Shown one piece after another: positions 36,292 to 45,926 of a DNA stretch of 61,252 nt. Source of the stretch: a virus (Duplodnaviria > Caudoviricetes); IMG/VR virus record IMGVR_UViG_3300024310_000009, positions 1 to 61,252 of that record; one strand, written 5' to 3'. Position 1 is the stretch's first letter. Each line of letters opens with the position of its first letter. The notes below the pieces were generated by a model. It did not search any database. It worked only from the letters and a program-made list of their open reading frames with translations, and was not told where the DNA came from. The translations under genes and the position numbers were made by a program.

Positions 36292-36822
36292 ATGTGGCCG
36301 ACGCTTTCCTACCCCAGCGAATTCTGGCCGCGTTCCGTCTGGCCTGGGTTTGAGACCGCGCCGGCGGCCAGTGGCGGGCGCAGAATCTCTCTGACTGGCA
36401 GTCGGGACACCTCGTTTGCTCTTGCAGGAAGCCGGGATACCTCTTTCAGTCTCACCGGGAGTCGTACCGTGTCTACCGTAGCAGATCCCATCACCTTTGC
36501 ACGCGGTGAGCGCGTGATAATCACCTACACGATTCCCGAGAACCTGAGCGGGAAAACACTCGGCTGGTATTTGGGGCCAGAGAACGAGGCCGCAGTAAAT
36601 CCCATCCTCACGAAGACCATCGCCAATGGGGGTGTAGTCGTCACGAACACCACCAATACTTCCAGCACGGTGCAGGTCACGCTGACCCATACGAACACGC
36701 TGGCGCTCGAAGCTCGCCCCTATGAGCACGACTTCTGGGACAACACTCCGAATGCTGAATGCCGGTACACGTCGGGCGTGGTCAACGTGGGTGGGCAGGT
36801 GGAATTCCCCGGACCCATTTGA
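36292..36822 (+). CDS. Putative structural protein
   Basis: LxGSRDTSF tandem motif; BppU-like beta C-terminus. Confidence 0.5.
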   Translation: MWPTLSYPSEFWPRSVWPGFETAPAASGGRRISLTGSRDTSFALAGSRDTSFSLTGSRTVSTVADPITFARGERVIITYTIPENLSGKTLGWYLGPENEAAVNPILTKTIANGGVVVTNTTNTSSTVQVTLTHTNTLALEARPYEHDFWDNTPNAECRYTSGVVNVGGQVEFPGPI

Positions 36823-36848
36823 ACTGAAAAACCGTTCTGGGTTAGGCT
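36818..36848 (+). promoter_or_regulatory. Promoter family member upstream of lysis region, probably leaderless
   Basis: TTGAAC-N18-TAGGCT, ATG 8 nt downstream, no SD. Confidence 0.55.
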
Positions 36849-36856
36849 AGACAGTC

Positions 36857-37360
36857 ATGAGCGAGAACACCATCACGCTTATCGTTGTCCTCGGCATGGG
36901 GGTTGTGGCCCTCGTCAATCGGCGCTGGGATCGCATCGACGCAGCCGTGAAGGAAAAGAAAGCAGAACTGGCCGCAGAGGCTGCTCGGGTTGAATCAGCT
37001 CGCGTGGCGGCACAGGCTCACAAGGCGGCCGTCAATGCCCAGCTGGCTACAGAGAGAGCCGCCAGCAAGGCCAGAAAGGTCAAGAAAGTGCTGGTCAATA
37101 CCACGGCCGCGACCAACACACAACTCAACGACCTGGCGGTGGTTGCCATCGAGACGCAGAAGACCGGGGAAAAAACTCACGACCTTGTCAACAGCCAGTA
37201 CGGTGTTCAGTTGCGGCTGGGAGCAGAACTGAGTCGCTGGAAGGCGGACAAGGAACCCACGAAGGAAAACCTTGCGGCAGCGAAACTGGCCGAAAAATTA
37301 TTCCACGATCACGAGGCGAAGCAAGCGAAGGTGGACGCCAAGGACGCCAAGGACGCCTAG
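36857..37360 (+). CDS. N-terminal TM plus coiled-coil protein (holin/lysis-associated)
   Basis: One TM; THDLVNS motif. Confidence 0.55.
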   Translation: MSENTITLIVVLGMGVVALVNRRWDRIDAAVKEKKAELAAEAARVESARVAAQAHKAAVNAQLATERAASKARKVKKVLVNTTAATNTQLNDLAVVAIETQKTGEKTHDLVNSQYGVQLRLGAELSRWKADKEPTKENLAAAKLAEKLFHDHEAKQAKVDAKDAKDA

Positions 37361-37408
37361 AGATGCTTCCACGTCCGTCGTCGATGCGTCCGAGAAGAAG
37401 GTGACCCC

Positions 37409-37624
37409 ATGATTTCCCTGCTGGCTCAGATGCCCCTGCAAACCTAGTCGCTCGGTCAGATCGCGATTGCGGTTGTGATTATCGCCGCACTCATCGCGTT
37501 GGTGTACATCGCACTGCGTCAGTTTGGCATCGCGATACCGCCGTGGTTCATGCAGGTGATCTGGGTTCTGGTCATCGCCTTCGTCGTCATCGTGGCGATC
37601 AAGATCCTCATGACCATGTGGTAA
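37409..37624 (+). pseudogene. Two-TM holin-like gene with in-frame TAG at codon 13
   Basis: MISLLAQMPLQT*SLGQIAIAVVIIAALIALVYIALRQFGIAIPPWFMQVIWVLVIAFVVIVAIKILMTMW. Confidence 0.6.
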
Positions 37625-37635
37625 AGGCGGAACGC

Positions 37636-37860
37636 ATGTGCCTCTTCAACGATCTCCGCAAGATCCGCAAGGCGACCGAGGCCAGTCGAGACGAACTGTG
37701 TTTTCTCAAGCTCGCCGTGGAATCGATGCGGCTGGAGATGCAGGCACAAACAGAACTTCTCTCACAACTCGTCACCCTCCTGACTCCGCCCCCGGAACCA
37801 CCCGAGCCGCCCGTTGTGGGCCTCGGTGTCGAGCCCAATCCGCCCACGGATCGCCCGTAA
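37636..37860 (+). CDS. Hypothetical coiled-coil/Pro-rich protein
   Basis: ATG after GGA; Pro-rich tail. Confidence 0.5.
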   Translation: MCLFNDLRKIRKATEASRDELCFLKLAVESMRLEMQAQTELLSQLVTLLTPPPEPPEPPVVGLGVEPNPPTDRP

Positions 37861-37895
37861 CGTTCACTGACACGTTTTCTCAAAGGAGTCTGTAC

Positions 37896-38294
37896 ATGGC
37901 AACGATCAAGAAAGTGGCCCTGAAAGCGGGGGCACTCACGCAACTGAAGAAGGCCGCGCTGGGCGACGCGATCCCGGATTACGTCCTGGGCGTGAATCAG
38001 GACGGCTCGTTCGTCATCCTGGGCGTCGATGACAAGGGCAACCATGTGGACATTTCCGACGTCGCCACCCTGACCGCGAGCAGCAGCGACCCTACCATCG
38101 TTTCCGTCGATCCTCCCGTCGGCATGGCGGTGGCCTGTCACGGACTGAAGCCGGGCAAGGCGGACCTGCTGGAGGTCGCGACCTGGAACGACGGCTCGGT
38201 CGGACCCTACGACATTACGGTTCCCGCCGTCTCCAAGGCCGGCCCCGTGACCGGACTTACGGTCGAGTTTGGCACCCCCACTATCAGGGGATGA
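37896..38294 (+). CDS. Ig-like domain protein
   Basis: AAGGAG RBS; D.KGN, SSSDPTIVSV, KPGKA. Confidence 0.6.
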   Translation: MATIKKVALKAGALTQLKKAALGDAIPDYVLGVNQDGSFVILGVDDKGNHVDISDVATLTASSSDPTIVSVDPPVGMAVACHGLKPGKADLLEVATWNDGSVGPYDITVPAVSKAGPVTGLTVEFGTPTIRG

Positions 38295-38367
38295 GCGATC
38301 CGCTTCCCGTCCGCTGCCTGGGTGGGATGCCACACCCGGGCAGCGCCCTCTCTGAAAGGTGGAGCAC

Positions 38368-38553
38368 ATGGACCTCATCACAGCCCCTGACGAGCAACAG
38401 CGCTGTTGTGTTCTGGATGCAGACGGCAACCGCTGTCCGAAGCGGTCGCGCTACTGGGTCGGCACGAACGGCGTGGACGATTACACGCACACCTGCGCTG
38501 AGCATCTGGACAGCGTGCGGCGCCCGGAGGATACCGTCAGGGAACTCGATTGA
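38368..38553 (+). CDS. Small Cys/His protein
   Basis: GGAG RBS; flanked by duplicated TGAAAGGTGGAGCA. Confidence 0.55.
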   Translation: MDLITAPDEQQRCCVLDADGNRCPKRSRYWVGTNGVDDYTHTCAEHLDSVRRPEDTVRELD

Positions 38554-38565
38554 AAGGTGGAGCAA

Positions 38566-39393
38566 ATGAGCCTGTTATCGATGGCCGAAGGTCTCCTGAC
38601 GCAGACCGGCTGGATGCAGCCGGGAGACACCTTCGTTCAGGCGGTCGCAAGCCTGAACGACTGGCTGGGTTTGGACCGGAGCCGTCATCTCACCCACGAG
38701 GCGATCGAGTACCTGTCGGCGCCACGCTTCTGCGCCGTCCATGACTTCCTCCCTGAAATTGAGGGAGCGTCTCAGGACCCACGCTGGCTAAAAACCGACA
38801 TTGTCTGGGCGGTCTCTGGTCAGTTGCCGGCGCCCTTCACACGACAGGCGATTCAGTCTGGGTTCGATGTGTGGGGGGCGGGTGTAACACCCCTCCGCTT
38901 TCGGTTCAGCCAGAACACCAGCGGCGCGGACATTGTCCTCACCAGCGGGGAGATCGACGGGCCGTCGAACATCCTGGCGTGGTCAGAACTTCCCGTCGTT
39001 CCCAATCGCCAGCTAACGCAGAAGTACGACAGCGCTGAAGGCTGGGATACCCTGATTCGCGCCCTCGCTGTGATGAGGCATGAAATCGGGCACGCGCTGG
39101 GGCTCCAGCACGACCCCGAGGGGCTCATGCGGGCTATCTATGACCCCAACGTAATAACGCCCCAGCCCCGCGACATTCAGCGAATCCAGGGACTATACGG
39201 ACCAGACTCCGGGGGCGGGACGCCGACGCCCTCGCCGACGCCGACTCCGGGGAATCCCGTCATCATTCAGATTTACGGCGCTCAGAAGATCCTGATACCC
39301 GGCTACAAGGTGACGCCCGCCGGGCAACTCGTCAGCAATGTGTTCGAGGAAACCGAGGCCGCGCCAGGACGCCCGAAAACCCGGCGCAAGTGA
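38566..39393 (+). CDS. Matrixin (M10)-like zinc metalloprotease
   Basis: PRFCAVHD cysteine-switch-like motif, ADI, DGP..LA, HEIGHALGLQH, LM.A.Y Met-turn, IQGLYG. Confidence 0.88.
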   Translation: MSLLSMAEGLLTQTGWMQPGDTFVQAVASLNDWLGLDRSRHLTHEAIEYLSAPRFCAVHDFLPEIEGASQDPRWLKTDIVWAVSGQLPAPFTRQAIQSGFDVWGAGVTPLRFRFSQNTSGADIVLTSGEIDGPSNILAWSELPVVPNRQLTQKYDSAEGWDTLIRALAVMRHEIGHALGLQHDPEGLMRAIYDPNVITPQPRDIQRIQGLYGPDSGGGTPTPSPTPTPGNPVIIQIYGAQKILIPGYKVTPAGQLVSNVFEETEAAPGRPKTRRK

Positions 39394-39407
39394 AAGGAAG
39401 GCAATCC

Positions 39408-39689
39408 ATGCAACCCGACCCCCATCAGAATCTGTCCTTTGCCAACTGGGCACAGTGGCTCAAGATTTTGCAGATGATCTTCGACGCCTTCAAGGCGATG
39501 CAGGGCACCACCGGCACCACCGGGGAAACGAACCCCTTCGGGAACCTCATCGCGGCCCTGGAAGACGCGAAGGCCGAAGCCGAATCTGCCCAGCGTGCCA
39601 ATCACCCGGCACCGCAAATGCCGCAGGCGTTGACGATGGCTGTGTCGGCGGCGACGAACGTGCCATCCAGCGCCCAGCCGTTGAAGTGA
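39408..39689 (+). CDS. Hypothetical protein
   Basis: AAGGAAGG RBS. Confidence 0.5.
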   Translation: MQPDPHQNLSFANWAQWLKILQMIFDAFKAMQGTTGTTGETNPFGNLIAALEDAKAEAESAQRANHPAPQMPQALTMAVSAATNVPSSAQPLK

Positions 39690-39773
39690 TCTCCGGGCAA
39701 ACGCCCGGCCGGCGGTGGGGTCTGGCTCCACCTGCCCTGCTGTCGAGCCGGGCATTGACAACAGGTGGAGCAA

Positions 39774-41276
39774 GTGAGGTTGCGTGCGGCAACGCTTCTG
39801 GCGTTTCTGTGTCTGGGTTCGGTGGCGCAGGCCGACCCCGCCGCGGCTGTTGTCGCCGCGCTGGCGGACGCTCAGAGGCTGGCCCCGGACGCAGCGAAGT
39901 ACGCACGCTACCTGAGCCTGTACGCGATTGAGGAGAAGCACCGAAGGGAGTTTCTCGGGGTGCAGGCGTACCAGGTGAACTCGATCAGCCGCGAGGCGGA
40001 ACTGGTGACGCCCCGGCAGGCAGCAGCGGACCTGACCGCCATCGACATTCGGGACTACAACCTCGATTCGGCGACGTGGGAAAAACTGGCAGTCATCGAT
40101 CCGTACTTCCATGTGCCGGCAGTCGAGGAGGACGAGTACGAGGACTACGGCAACTACTGGCTGAGAGGGCAAGTTGTTCCAAAAGGCACGGCAGGTGCAG
40201 AGTGGAAAACCAGCGAGAAACGCAGGACCGGCAAGAAGATCAAGAAGCAAGGGGCGGCATCGCCGTGGTTGCCGACGAAGGAAATCAAGGAACTCATCGA
40301 GCGAACGGGCTCAGCCGCTCCCATCGTGCGTGCAGATTGGTTCTTCGTGCAGACCGCCCGGCAACTGAGCCTTCGCAACAAGCAAACAGGCGTGGGTTAC
40401 TACGATTGGTTGAAACTCAAGGATCGGGGCGACCTCTTCAAACTGATAAAGTTCAGCGAGAAGGACTCGATCGAGATTCAGCAGGAGATTCGGGCGGCTC
40501 TCGACAGAAGCGGTGTCAGCCAGCAGAATCGGCAGATTGTGGCGTTTCGGGCTCTCACGGGGCGCATCTGGATCACGCTCGACGTGAAGGACGAGGCCGA
40601 CAAGGGCAACGCGATACGGAACCTCAAGCGAGGTGATTTTCAGCACGACGCGGAGGAGATCTATGCAGTCGGAAGGAATGGATTGCCTGTCTACTTCCTC
40701 AGCGACGACAAGGGCGTACGTCAGGACAGCGCCCCAGACTTCATCGGGGGCGACGATTCCGCCGGGCGTGTTGGCAGAGACGCACGCATTCATGTGTCAC
40801 TGGCTTGCATTCGTTGTCATGGGGGGGACGTTTTGCAACCAATCAACGATTGGGCGCGTCGAACGTACACCAACGGGCTCGTGATTCAGTCGCCTGATTA
40901 CGACGTGCTGAAGGAACTGAGGAGGCAGTATCTCAGTAACCTTGACGGAGCCTTGGCACAGGATCGGGCAGCGTTCCGGGATGCGATCAGGCAAGCGAGC
41001 GGCCTGGAGGCCGGCAAGCTGTCAGTGGCTTACGGCGAGGCGTGGAACAGGTACGCGGAGCAATCTGTTACGCTGGAAGTGGCCGCGTTCGAGCTGGGTT
41101 GTCCACCCGAGAAACTGATGCAGTCGCTCAAAGGAATTCTGACGACGACGGGACAGTTAGACCCGGTGTTGGCTGTCTTCACGAAGACACCCCCGGGAAC
41201 GATTCAAAGAGTTCACTGGGAGGAGGTCTACAGCCTCGCCCAAACCAACATGAGAGGACTGGCGGTGCAACCATGA
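39774..41276 (+). CDS. Secreted protein with CxxCH heme-binding motif
   Basis: Signal peptide (AQA), CIRCH at 40806. Confidence 0.7.
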   Translation: MRLRAATLLAFLCLGSVAQADPAAAVVAALADAQRLAPDAAKYARYLSLYAIEEKHRREFLGVQAYQVNSISREAELVTPRQAAADLTAIDIRDYNLDSATWEKLAVIDPYFHVPAVEEDEYEDYGNYWLRGQVVPKGTAGAEWKTSEKRRTGKKIKKQGAASPWLPTKEIKELIERTGSAAPIVRADWFFVQTARQLSLRNKQTGVGYYDWLKLKDRGDLFKLIKFSEKDSIEIQQEIRAALDRSGVSQQNRQIVAFRALTGRIWITLDVKDEADKGNAIRNLKRGDFQHDAEEIYAVGRNGLPVYFLSDDKGVRQDSAPDFIGGDDSAGRVGRDARIHVSLACIRCHGGDVLQPINDWARRTYTNGLVIQSPDYDVLKELRRQYLSNLDGALAQDRAAFRDAIRQASGLEAGKLSVAYGEAWNRYAEQSVTLEVAAFELGCPPEKLMQSLKGILTTTGQLDPVLAVFTKTPPGTIQRVHWEEVYSLAQTNMRGLAVQP

Positions 41277-41477
41277 AGCAAGCAGCCAAAGAGAGGAACT
41301 CGACATGGAACCTGGCATGGAACGAGCAGCAATGATCCTTGTTTTTGCGGCGCTCGCTTCGTCATGCGCGGGATTCATGGCGATAGCATCGCTGCTCAAG
41401 ATGATCAAGGAGTTGCAGGCAGAGAACAACAGCCTTCGGCAACAACTTGAATCGACACAGATCAAAGAGGTGAACCC

Positions 41478-41723
41478 ATGAAACAAGCAACGGTTGAAGT
41501 TGAAACGGATCTGTTCTTGCTAAATGGCACACACCCACGAAAAGTGGAGGTGAGAGACACGACGCCGCCTGAAAACAAAACTCGACTGTACTCCGTTGTG
41601 GCGGATTACGGCTGGGCAGAAACAATCCTGTGCTCTGAATGCTACCTGCGAGATGCTAACGGTATCGCCATGTGCATTAGCGCTCGCCTGGACATTCCGG
41701 CCTTACTGGCAAAAAGAAGGTGA
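41478..41723 (+). CDS. Hypothetical protein
   Basis: GAGGTG RBS; start region duplicated at 41718. Confidence 0.55.
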   Translation: MKQATVEVETDLFLLNGTHPRKVEVRDTTPPENKTRLYSVVADYGWAETILCSECYLRDANGIAMCISARLDIPALLAKRR

Positions 41724-41727
41724 ACCC

Positions 41728-42378
41728 ATGAAGCAAGCAACGATCGCGTTCCTGGCAGTGGCTGGCCTGATGGCACTGGTGGTGCCTGTCGCAGCCTGCC
41801 CCACGACCTACAGTTCGTTTTCCTACGGCTACGGCAACTACTACAGCCCGAGCTACTCGTCCTACGTCGCCCCTTACGTCAAGACGATCACCGTGCCCGT
41901 GGCGGTGTACCAGCCGCTAGCGGTGCTCGTGCCCACCTACACGGCGGGGTATCTGGCACCAGCCACGGCGGCGCCTGCCGCGAATGTGACGGCTCCTGCG
42001 GCACAGGCAATGCCATCCTGCACCGAGGAAATCAAGGCACTCAAGTTGCAACTGGAACAACTCCGGCAACAACTGAGCACGCCGCCGCCTGCAAAAATGC
42101 CTCCAGCGGACCCGTTCAATCCTCAGCCGGTACGCTCGGGTCTCAACGACGTGGGAGCGGTGTTCGGTACCTACTGCGGCAGCTGCCACGAGGCCAAGGC
42201 AGCGACGGAGAAGGGCGGCGGTTTCAAGCTGATCGAGGACGGCAAGTTAACTCAACTCACCGAACGGCAGGTTCGCAAGATAGCGACTCAGACTGCCGTG
42301 CGCAAGATGCCGAAGGACAGCAAACTCACTGACTCGGAAATTGCGTTGATCCAGCAGTGGGCCGACGGCGTGAAGTGA
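41728..42378 (+). CDS. Secreted protein with C-terminal c-type cytochrome domain
   Basis: Signal peptide; CGSCH at 42175, KMPK axial-Met-like motif, LTDSEI.LI..W. Confidence 0.75.
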   Translation: MKQATIAFLAVAGLMALVVPVAACPTTYSSFSYGYGNYYSPSYSSYVAPYVKTITVPVAVYQPLAVLVPTYTAGYLAPATAAPAANVTAPAAQAMPSCTEEIKALKLQLEQLRQQLSTPPPAKMPPADPFNPQPVRSGLNDVGAVFGTYCGSCHEAKAATEKGGGFKLIEDGKLTQLTERQVRKIATQTAVRKMPKDSKLTDSEIALIQQWADGVK

Positions 42379-42409
42379 TTCGCCCCAAACACCAAGAGGA
42401 GGAAATCCC

Positions 42410-42823
42410 ATGTTTCGACTCATCGGTATCGTGATCGCCATTGCCATCGTCCTCATCGGAGTGTCGATGGCCTCGGCTTGCCCGATCACGGGCGCAGCTC
42501 TGACGCAGGCGTACAGCCAGCAGTTGCAGACGAGTTGCTCCACACAGACCCTCGTGCAGCCCGAGGTACAGGTGCGGGCCTACGTTCAGCCGCAACGGGT
42601 GCTGCTGCTCCAGCAGCCGGTGTACGTCCAGCAGCAGCAGTTGCTGTTGCAGACGCAGACCTACGTTCAGCCGCAACTACAACTGCAAACCTACGTCCAG
42701 CAACAGCGGCTGTCGTTCTTTCAGCAACACCTGACGGCTGACCTCACCATTCGGCAAAGGTTTGTGCAACGCCCGTCGCTTGACCTTCGCCTCGGTGTGC
42801 GAGGATCGCATCACGGCCGCTGA
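42410..42823 (+). CDS. Secreted Gln-rich low-complexity protein
   Basis: GGAGG RBS; signal peptide ASA-C; YVQPQ repeats. Confidence 0.65.
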   Translation: MFRLIGIVIAIAIVLIGVSMASACPITGAALTQAYSQQLQTSCSTQTLVQPEVQVRAYVQPQRVLLLQQPVYVQQQQLLLQTQTYVQPQLQLQTYVQQQRLSFFQQHLTADLTIRQRFVQRPSLDLRLGVRGSHHGR

Positions 42824-42952
42824 AAGGGGGTGATCCCTTGTCGCGCCCGCGTCAAACCTGATCCCGTTGGGCGGTTCCGGGGAGGTGACCGCTTCCACCC
42901 AACCCCGGGCCGCCCACCTTCTGCCTCACGTCTTCGCCCGGAGGGAATCGCG

Positions 42953-43510
42953 ATGAATGAACTGTGGGACAGCCTGAACAACGTCCTGAGCGATCCAAGG
43001 GTAATAGTGGCGGTTCATGCGGTCTGGCTGGTCGCCGCTGCCGGCTTGACCCTCAAGTACAGCTGGCGGGGCAGCAAGGCAACCTGGCGAGGCGCAAAGG
43101 CCACGGGACGATTCGCCCATCGGTTGCTCGTGACTCCGCCGAAGCCGCCGGAACCCCTGCCGCCTCCTTCCCCGCTGGCCGCGGCCATCCTGCAAGAACT
43201 GGACGGTGAGACGATCAGTGACGGCGTAAGCGTCCTGGCTGGTGGGGCGCAGGTCTGGCCGGAACACACGGTCTCCGAAGGGCGCGTTTTCATCAGTAAT
43301 GAATGTGTCGATAAGCGGCTGTCTGACCTGGACATAACCCGTATCACAACGCGCGCCGCCGAGGTGGTCACAGCCGAGCGGAAGCGACGGGACGACAAGG
43401 AAACGGCTGGGCTTGTGGCAAAGGTGAGGCCGGGGTCGCAGGACAACGACAAGCCCATGTTCGTGCTGGGGGCGGGTCTGATCCCTAATCTGGCGAAGAA
43501 GCGAGCGTAA
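42953..43510 (+). CDS. Membrane-anchored hypothetical protein
   Basis: GGAGG RBS; N-terminal TM. Confidence 0.55.
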   Translation: MNELWDSLNNVLSDPRVIVAVHAVWLVAAAGLTLKYSWRGSKATWRGAKATGRFAHRLLVTPPKPPEPLPPPSPLAAAILQELDGETISDGVSVLAGGAQVWPEHTVSEGRVFISNECVDKRLSDLDITRITTRAAEVVTAERKRRDDKETAGLVAKVRPGSQDNDKPMFVLGAGLIPNLAKKRA

Positions 43511-43627
43511 CCCATGTTCACTCTCGACCAGGACGCACTGGACGTTTACTTTGCGCTGGTCTTCTTCGCCCTGCTTTCATCGTGCGTGGTGGCCTGGTGG
43601 TTGGGACGGAAGGACAGGTGAGTGTGC

Positions 43628-44353
43628 ATGGCCGAACCGGATGATCTGCTGACGCAGGCCGAAGCCATCTGGCGAAGCGCCGAGCGGAACTACCGCGACT
43701 CGCTGTTGCAGGTAGGGCGGCTGCTGCACGAGTTTATTGTGGAGCAACTTCGTTGTGGAGATGGGGTTAAAAAACGACAGCGACTCAAAGCGGGTTTTAC
43801 GCGGGAAGTGGCCATCAAGAAGTGCGCGGCACAACTCGGCATCCCAACGGTAAAAGTAATGGCGATGATCCGAATAGCGATGACCGCCGACTTGCTTGGT
43901 CAGGACGGTTTTGGCGCTATGGGGTGGACCCATTTGCATTACCTGGCGGCCTTCGTCGAGCGGGTGAAACTGAACAAGAAAGGCGAAAGCACCCCTCTCT
44001 CCGCAACCGAGTCCTGGCGCATTAAACCGGAGTACGACGGCACGGCACAGGATGTATTTCGACGGGTACGCGAGGAGAAACTCAGCCAGAGACAGACGTT
44101 TCAACTGATTGGAGACACGATCAAGTGGCCTCGGCGCCCAATTAACAGCAAACGGATAGCCATCGTAGAACAGCACGCTGGAGCCCGCGACCTCCTGGAG
44201 TCCATCTCGAAAGTGTCCTCGCCCCGCGATCTTGCGGAGATTCTATTCGAGGCCATCGAAACAGCCGACGACCCGAAGGCTGTGGCAGCGCACCTGCAAC
44301 GGCTGCTTGCCGAGTTGCCGGTGAAGAAAAAGAAGGTCTCGATGGCGTACTGA
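43628..44353 (+). CDS. Hypothetical basic helical protein
   Basis: Long ORF, AGGTGA RBS. Confidence 0.6.
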   Translation: MAEPDDLLTQAEAIWRSAERNYRDSLLQVGRLLHEFIVEQLRCGDGVKKRQRLKAGFTREVAIKKCAAQLGIPTVKVMAMIRIAMTADLLGQDGFGAMGWTHLHYLAAFVERVKLNKKGESTPLSATESWRIKPEYDGTAQDVFRRVREEKLSQRQTFQLIGDTIKWPRRPINSKRIAIVEQHAGARDLLESISKVSSPRDLAEILFEAIETADDPKAVAAHLQRLLAELPVKKKKVSMAY

Positions 44354-44363
44354 GAGGTGAGCC

Positions 44364-44819
44364 GTGCATACCTGCCTCGCTGCCTGGTGTCTCTGCTGGG
44401 CGGTTCCCGACCTGCCGCCACTGTCTGATCTCGCCCGCTTTCCTCCCCTCTGGCTGGTACGACACGAGTTACAATTCTCTGCGGCTCATCAATCCTGGTT
44501 ACAACTCCGCATCGACACCGAACCAGCCAACAGGGCCGATCTGAAAATCTGGCTCACCGAATCCCGACGCTGTGCCGAGCCGTGGGTGATTCTGGAGGGC
44601 ATCCACGTTGGCTATGACAGATGGGCCGGTTTCGAGAAGTATCACACCGACCTGGGAAAACGACAGCGATTGCTGGAGTTGTGCCGCCTGATCGGCTGGC
44701 AATCGTATTACGAAGGCGTCTTGCCGCCCGTCGTCCCCCTCTGGTATTTTCGTCGTGGCTATGATGTTCCTGTGATTGTGCCGACACCAAGGCATACCTG
44801 CAAGGCAGCGGCCCGTTGA
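44364..44819 (+). CDS. Hypothetical protein (possibly secreted)
   Basis: GAGGTG RBS; DL.RFPP..LPP..P.W. Confidence 0.55.
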   Translation: MHTCLAAWCLCWAVPDLPPLSDLARFPPLWLVRHELQFSAAHQSWLQLRIDTEPANRADLKIWLTESRRCAEPWVILEGIHVGYDRWAGFEKYHTDLGKRQRLLELCRLIGWQSYYEGVLPPVVPLWYFRRGYDVPVIVPTPRHTCKAAAR

Positions 44820-44844
44820 GCGGACCATAATTGAGAGACAGCCC

Positions 44845-45339
44845 GTGAAAGCGAAAAAGCACCCCATAAAGCGCCGCGTTGTGGCCCTCGACCGCGATAC
44901 CACCGCACCGAGGCGAGCGGCTCCCGCCACTTCTAAAATACCAGGCAGCAAAGACAAGTTAAGTGTTTTGGCGGAACGCGCCCGGCAAGGGCAATCACTT
45001 TTCACTGAGGCTGACGCCGTTACAAATGAATCAGAACATCTCACATGGGAGATGCGACGGAATCACACCCTGGTTCCGGTCGGAACGGAGAAAAGCGGGT
45101 TGGCTGAAAAAGTTCACACTTCACACCCCCCTAGCAGTCTGGGCGAGCATATCCAGGCAGCACGGAAAAAGGCCAACATCTCCCGCAAACAACTGGAGCG
45201 CCGAGCAGGTCTGAGCAAGAGTTGCGTCAGCATGATTGAGCGTGATCTCCGCACCCCGGGCATCAACGTCCTGACCGCCATCGCCGACGTACTGGGCCTG
45301 AGCCTCGACACCCTCGTTGGTCGCACCCCTCCCTCTTGA
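44845..45339 (+). CDS. XRE-family HTH regulator with N-terminal T-x-x-x-PGS-x-x-K-x-x-VL motif
   Basis: LGEHIQAARKKANISRKQL..GLSKSCVSMIE..IADVLGLSLD.LVG. Confidence 0.8.
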   Translation: MKAKKHPIKRRVVALDRDTTAPRRAAPATSKIPGSKDKLSVLAERARQGQSLFTEADAVTNESEHLTWEMRRNHTLVPVGTEKSGLAEKVHTSHPPSSLGEHIQAARKKANISRKQLERRAGLSKSCVSMIERDLRTPGINVLTAIADVLGLSLDTLVGRTPPS

Positions 45340-45400
45340 CACTTCCAGCCAGCCAGCATACTCTGTATACACAGTCGCCCGTGTACACAGAGGATACGCC

Positions 45401-45562
45401 ATGCCGCAAAAGAAGACCCCGCCTGTTCGTATTCCTGTCCGCGTGGACCTGGAGCCTGACGAGCACCAGCAGTTGCGAGTCGTCGCTGCCCAGGCCGGCA
45501 AGAGCATGGCCGAATTCGCTCGCGACCTGCTCCGCAAGGCCATCAAAGAAAAAGGGAAATAA
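45401..45562 (+). CDS. Ribbon-helix-helix regulator
   Basis: VRVDL..EHQQLRVVAAQAGKSMAEFARDLL. Confidence 0.75.
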   Translation: MPQKKTPPVRIPVRVDLEPDEHQQLRVVAAQAGKSMAEFARDLLRKAIKEKGK

Positions 45563-45576
45563 TCCTGTACCTACTG

Positions 45577-45605
45577 TTGACACCGTATACAGTGTATGCT
45601 AGTAT
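45577..45605 (+). promoter_or_regulatory. Strong sigma70-type promoter with GTATAC box in spacer
   Basis: TTGACA-N17-TAGTAT with TG extension. Confidence 0.8.
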
Positions 45606-45647
45606 GTAGGTAGAGAAGGAAACACAGGACCCAACGGAGAGACGACG

Positions 45648-45887
45648 ATGTACCAGATCAAGTGGAGCGACGGACGAACGCAGACGGTTGAGACGCTGGA
45701 CGAGGCGATGGAGGTCTTCGGCGGCCAGGCGGTCTACTGCGACAACGGCGATACAAGCAGTGTGCCGAGCGACCGTGAGATCGACGACGCGGGCCGCATT
45801 CTGGTGTGGGCATCGGAAGAGGACGCAGGCCAGGCTGGTCTCGGAGACGCTGGGCAGCACGCGATTGCCCAGATCACACGCGATTAA
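45648..45887 (+). CDS. Acidic hypothetical early protein
   Basis: 27-bp leader repeat. Confidence 0.65.
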   Translation: MYQIKWSDGRTQTVETLDEAMEVFGGQAVYCDNGDTSSVPSDREIDDAGRILVWASEEDAGQAGLGDAGQHAIAQITRD

Positions 45888-45926
45888 CCCCTCTGACGAA
45901 CTACAGGACCCAACGGAGAGACGACG

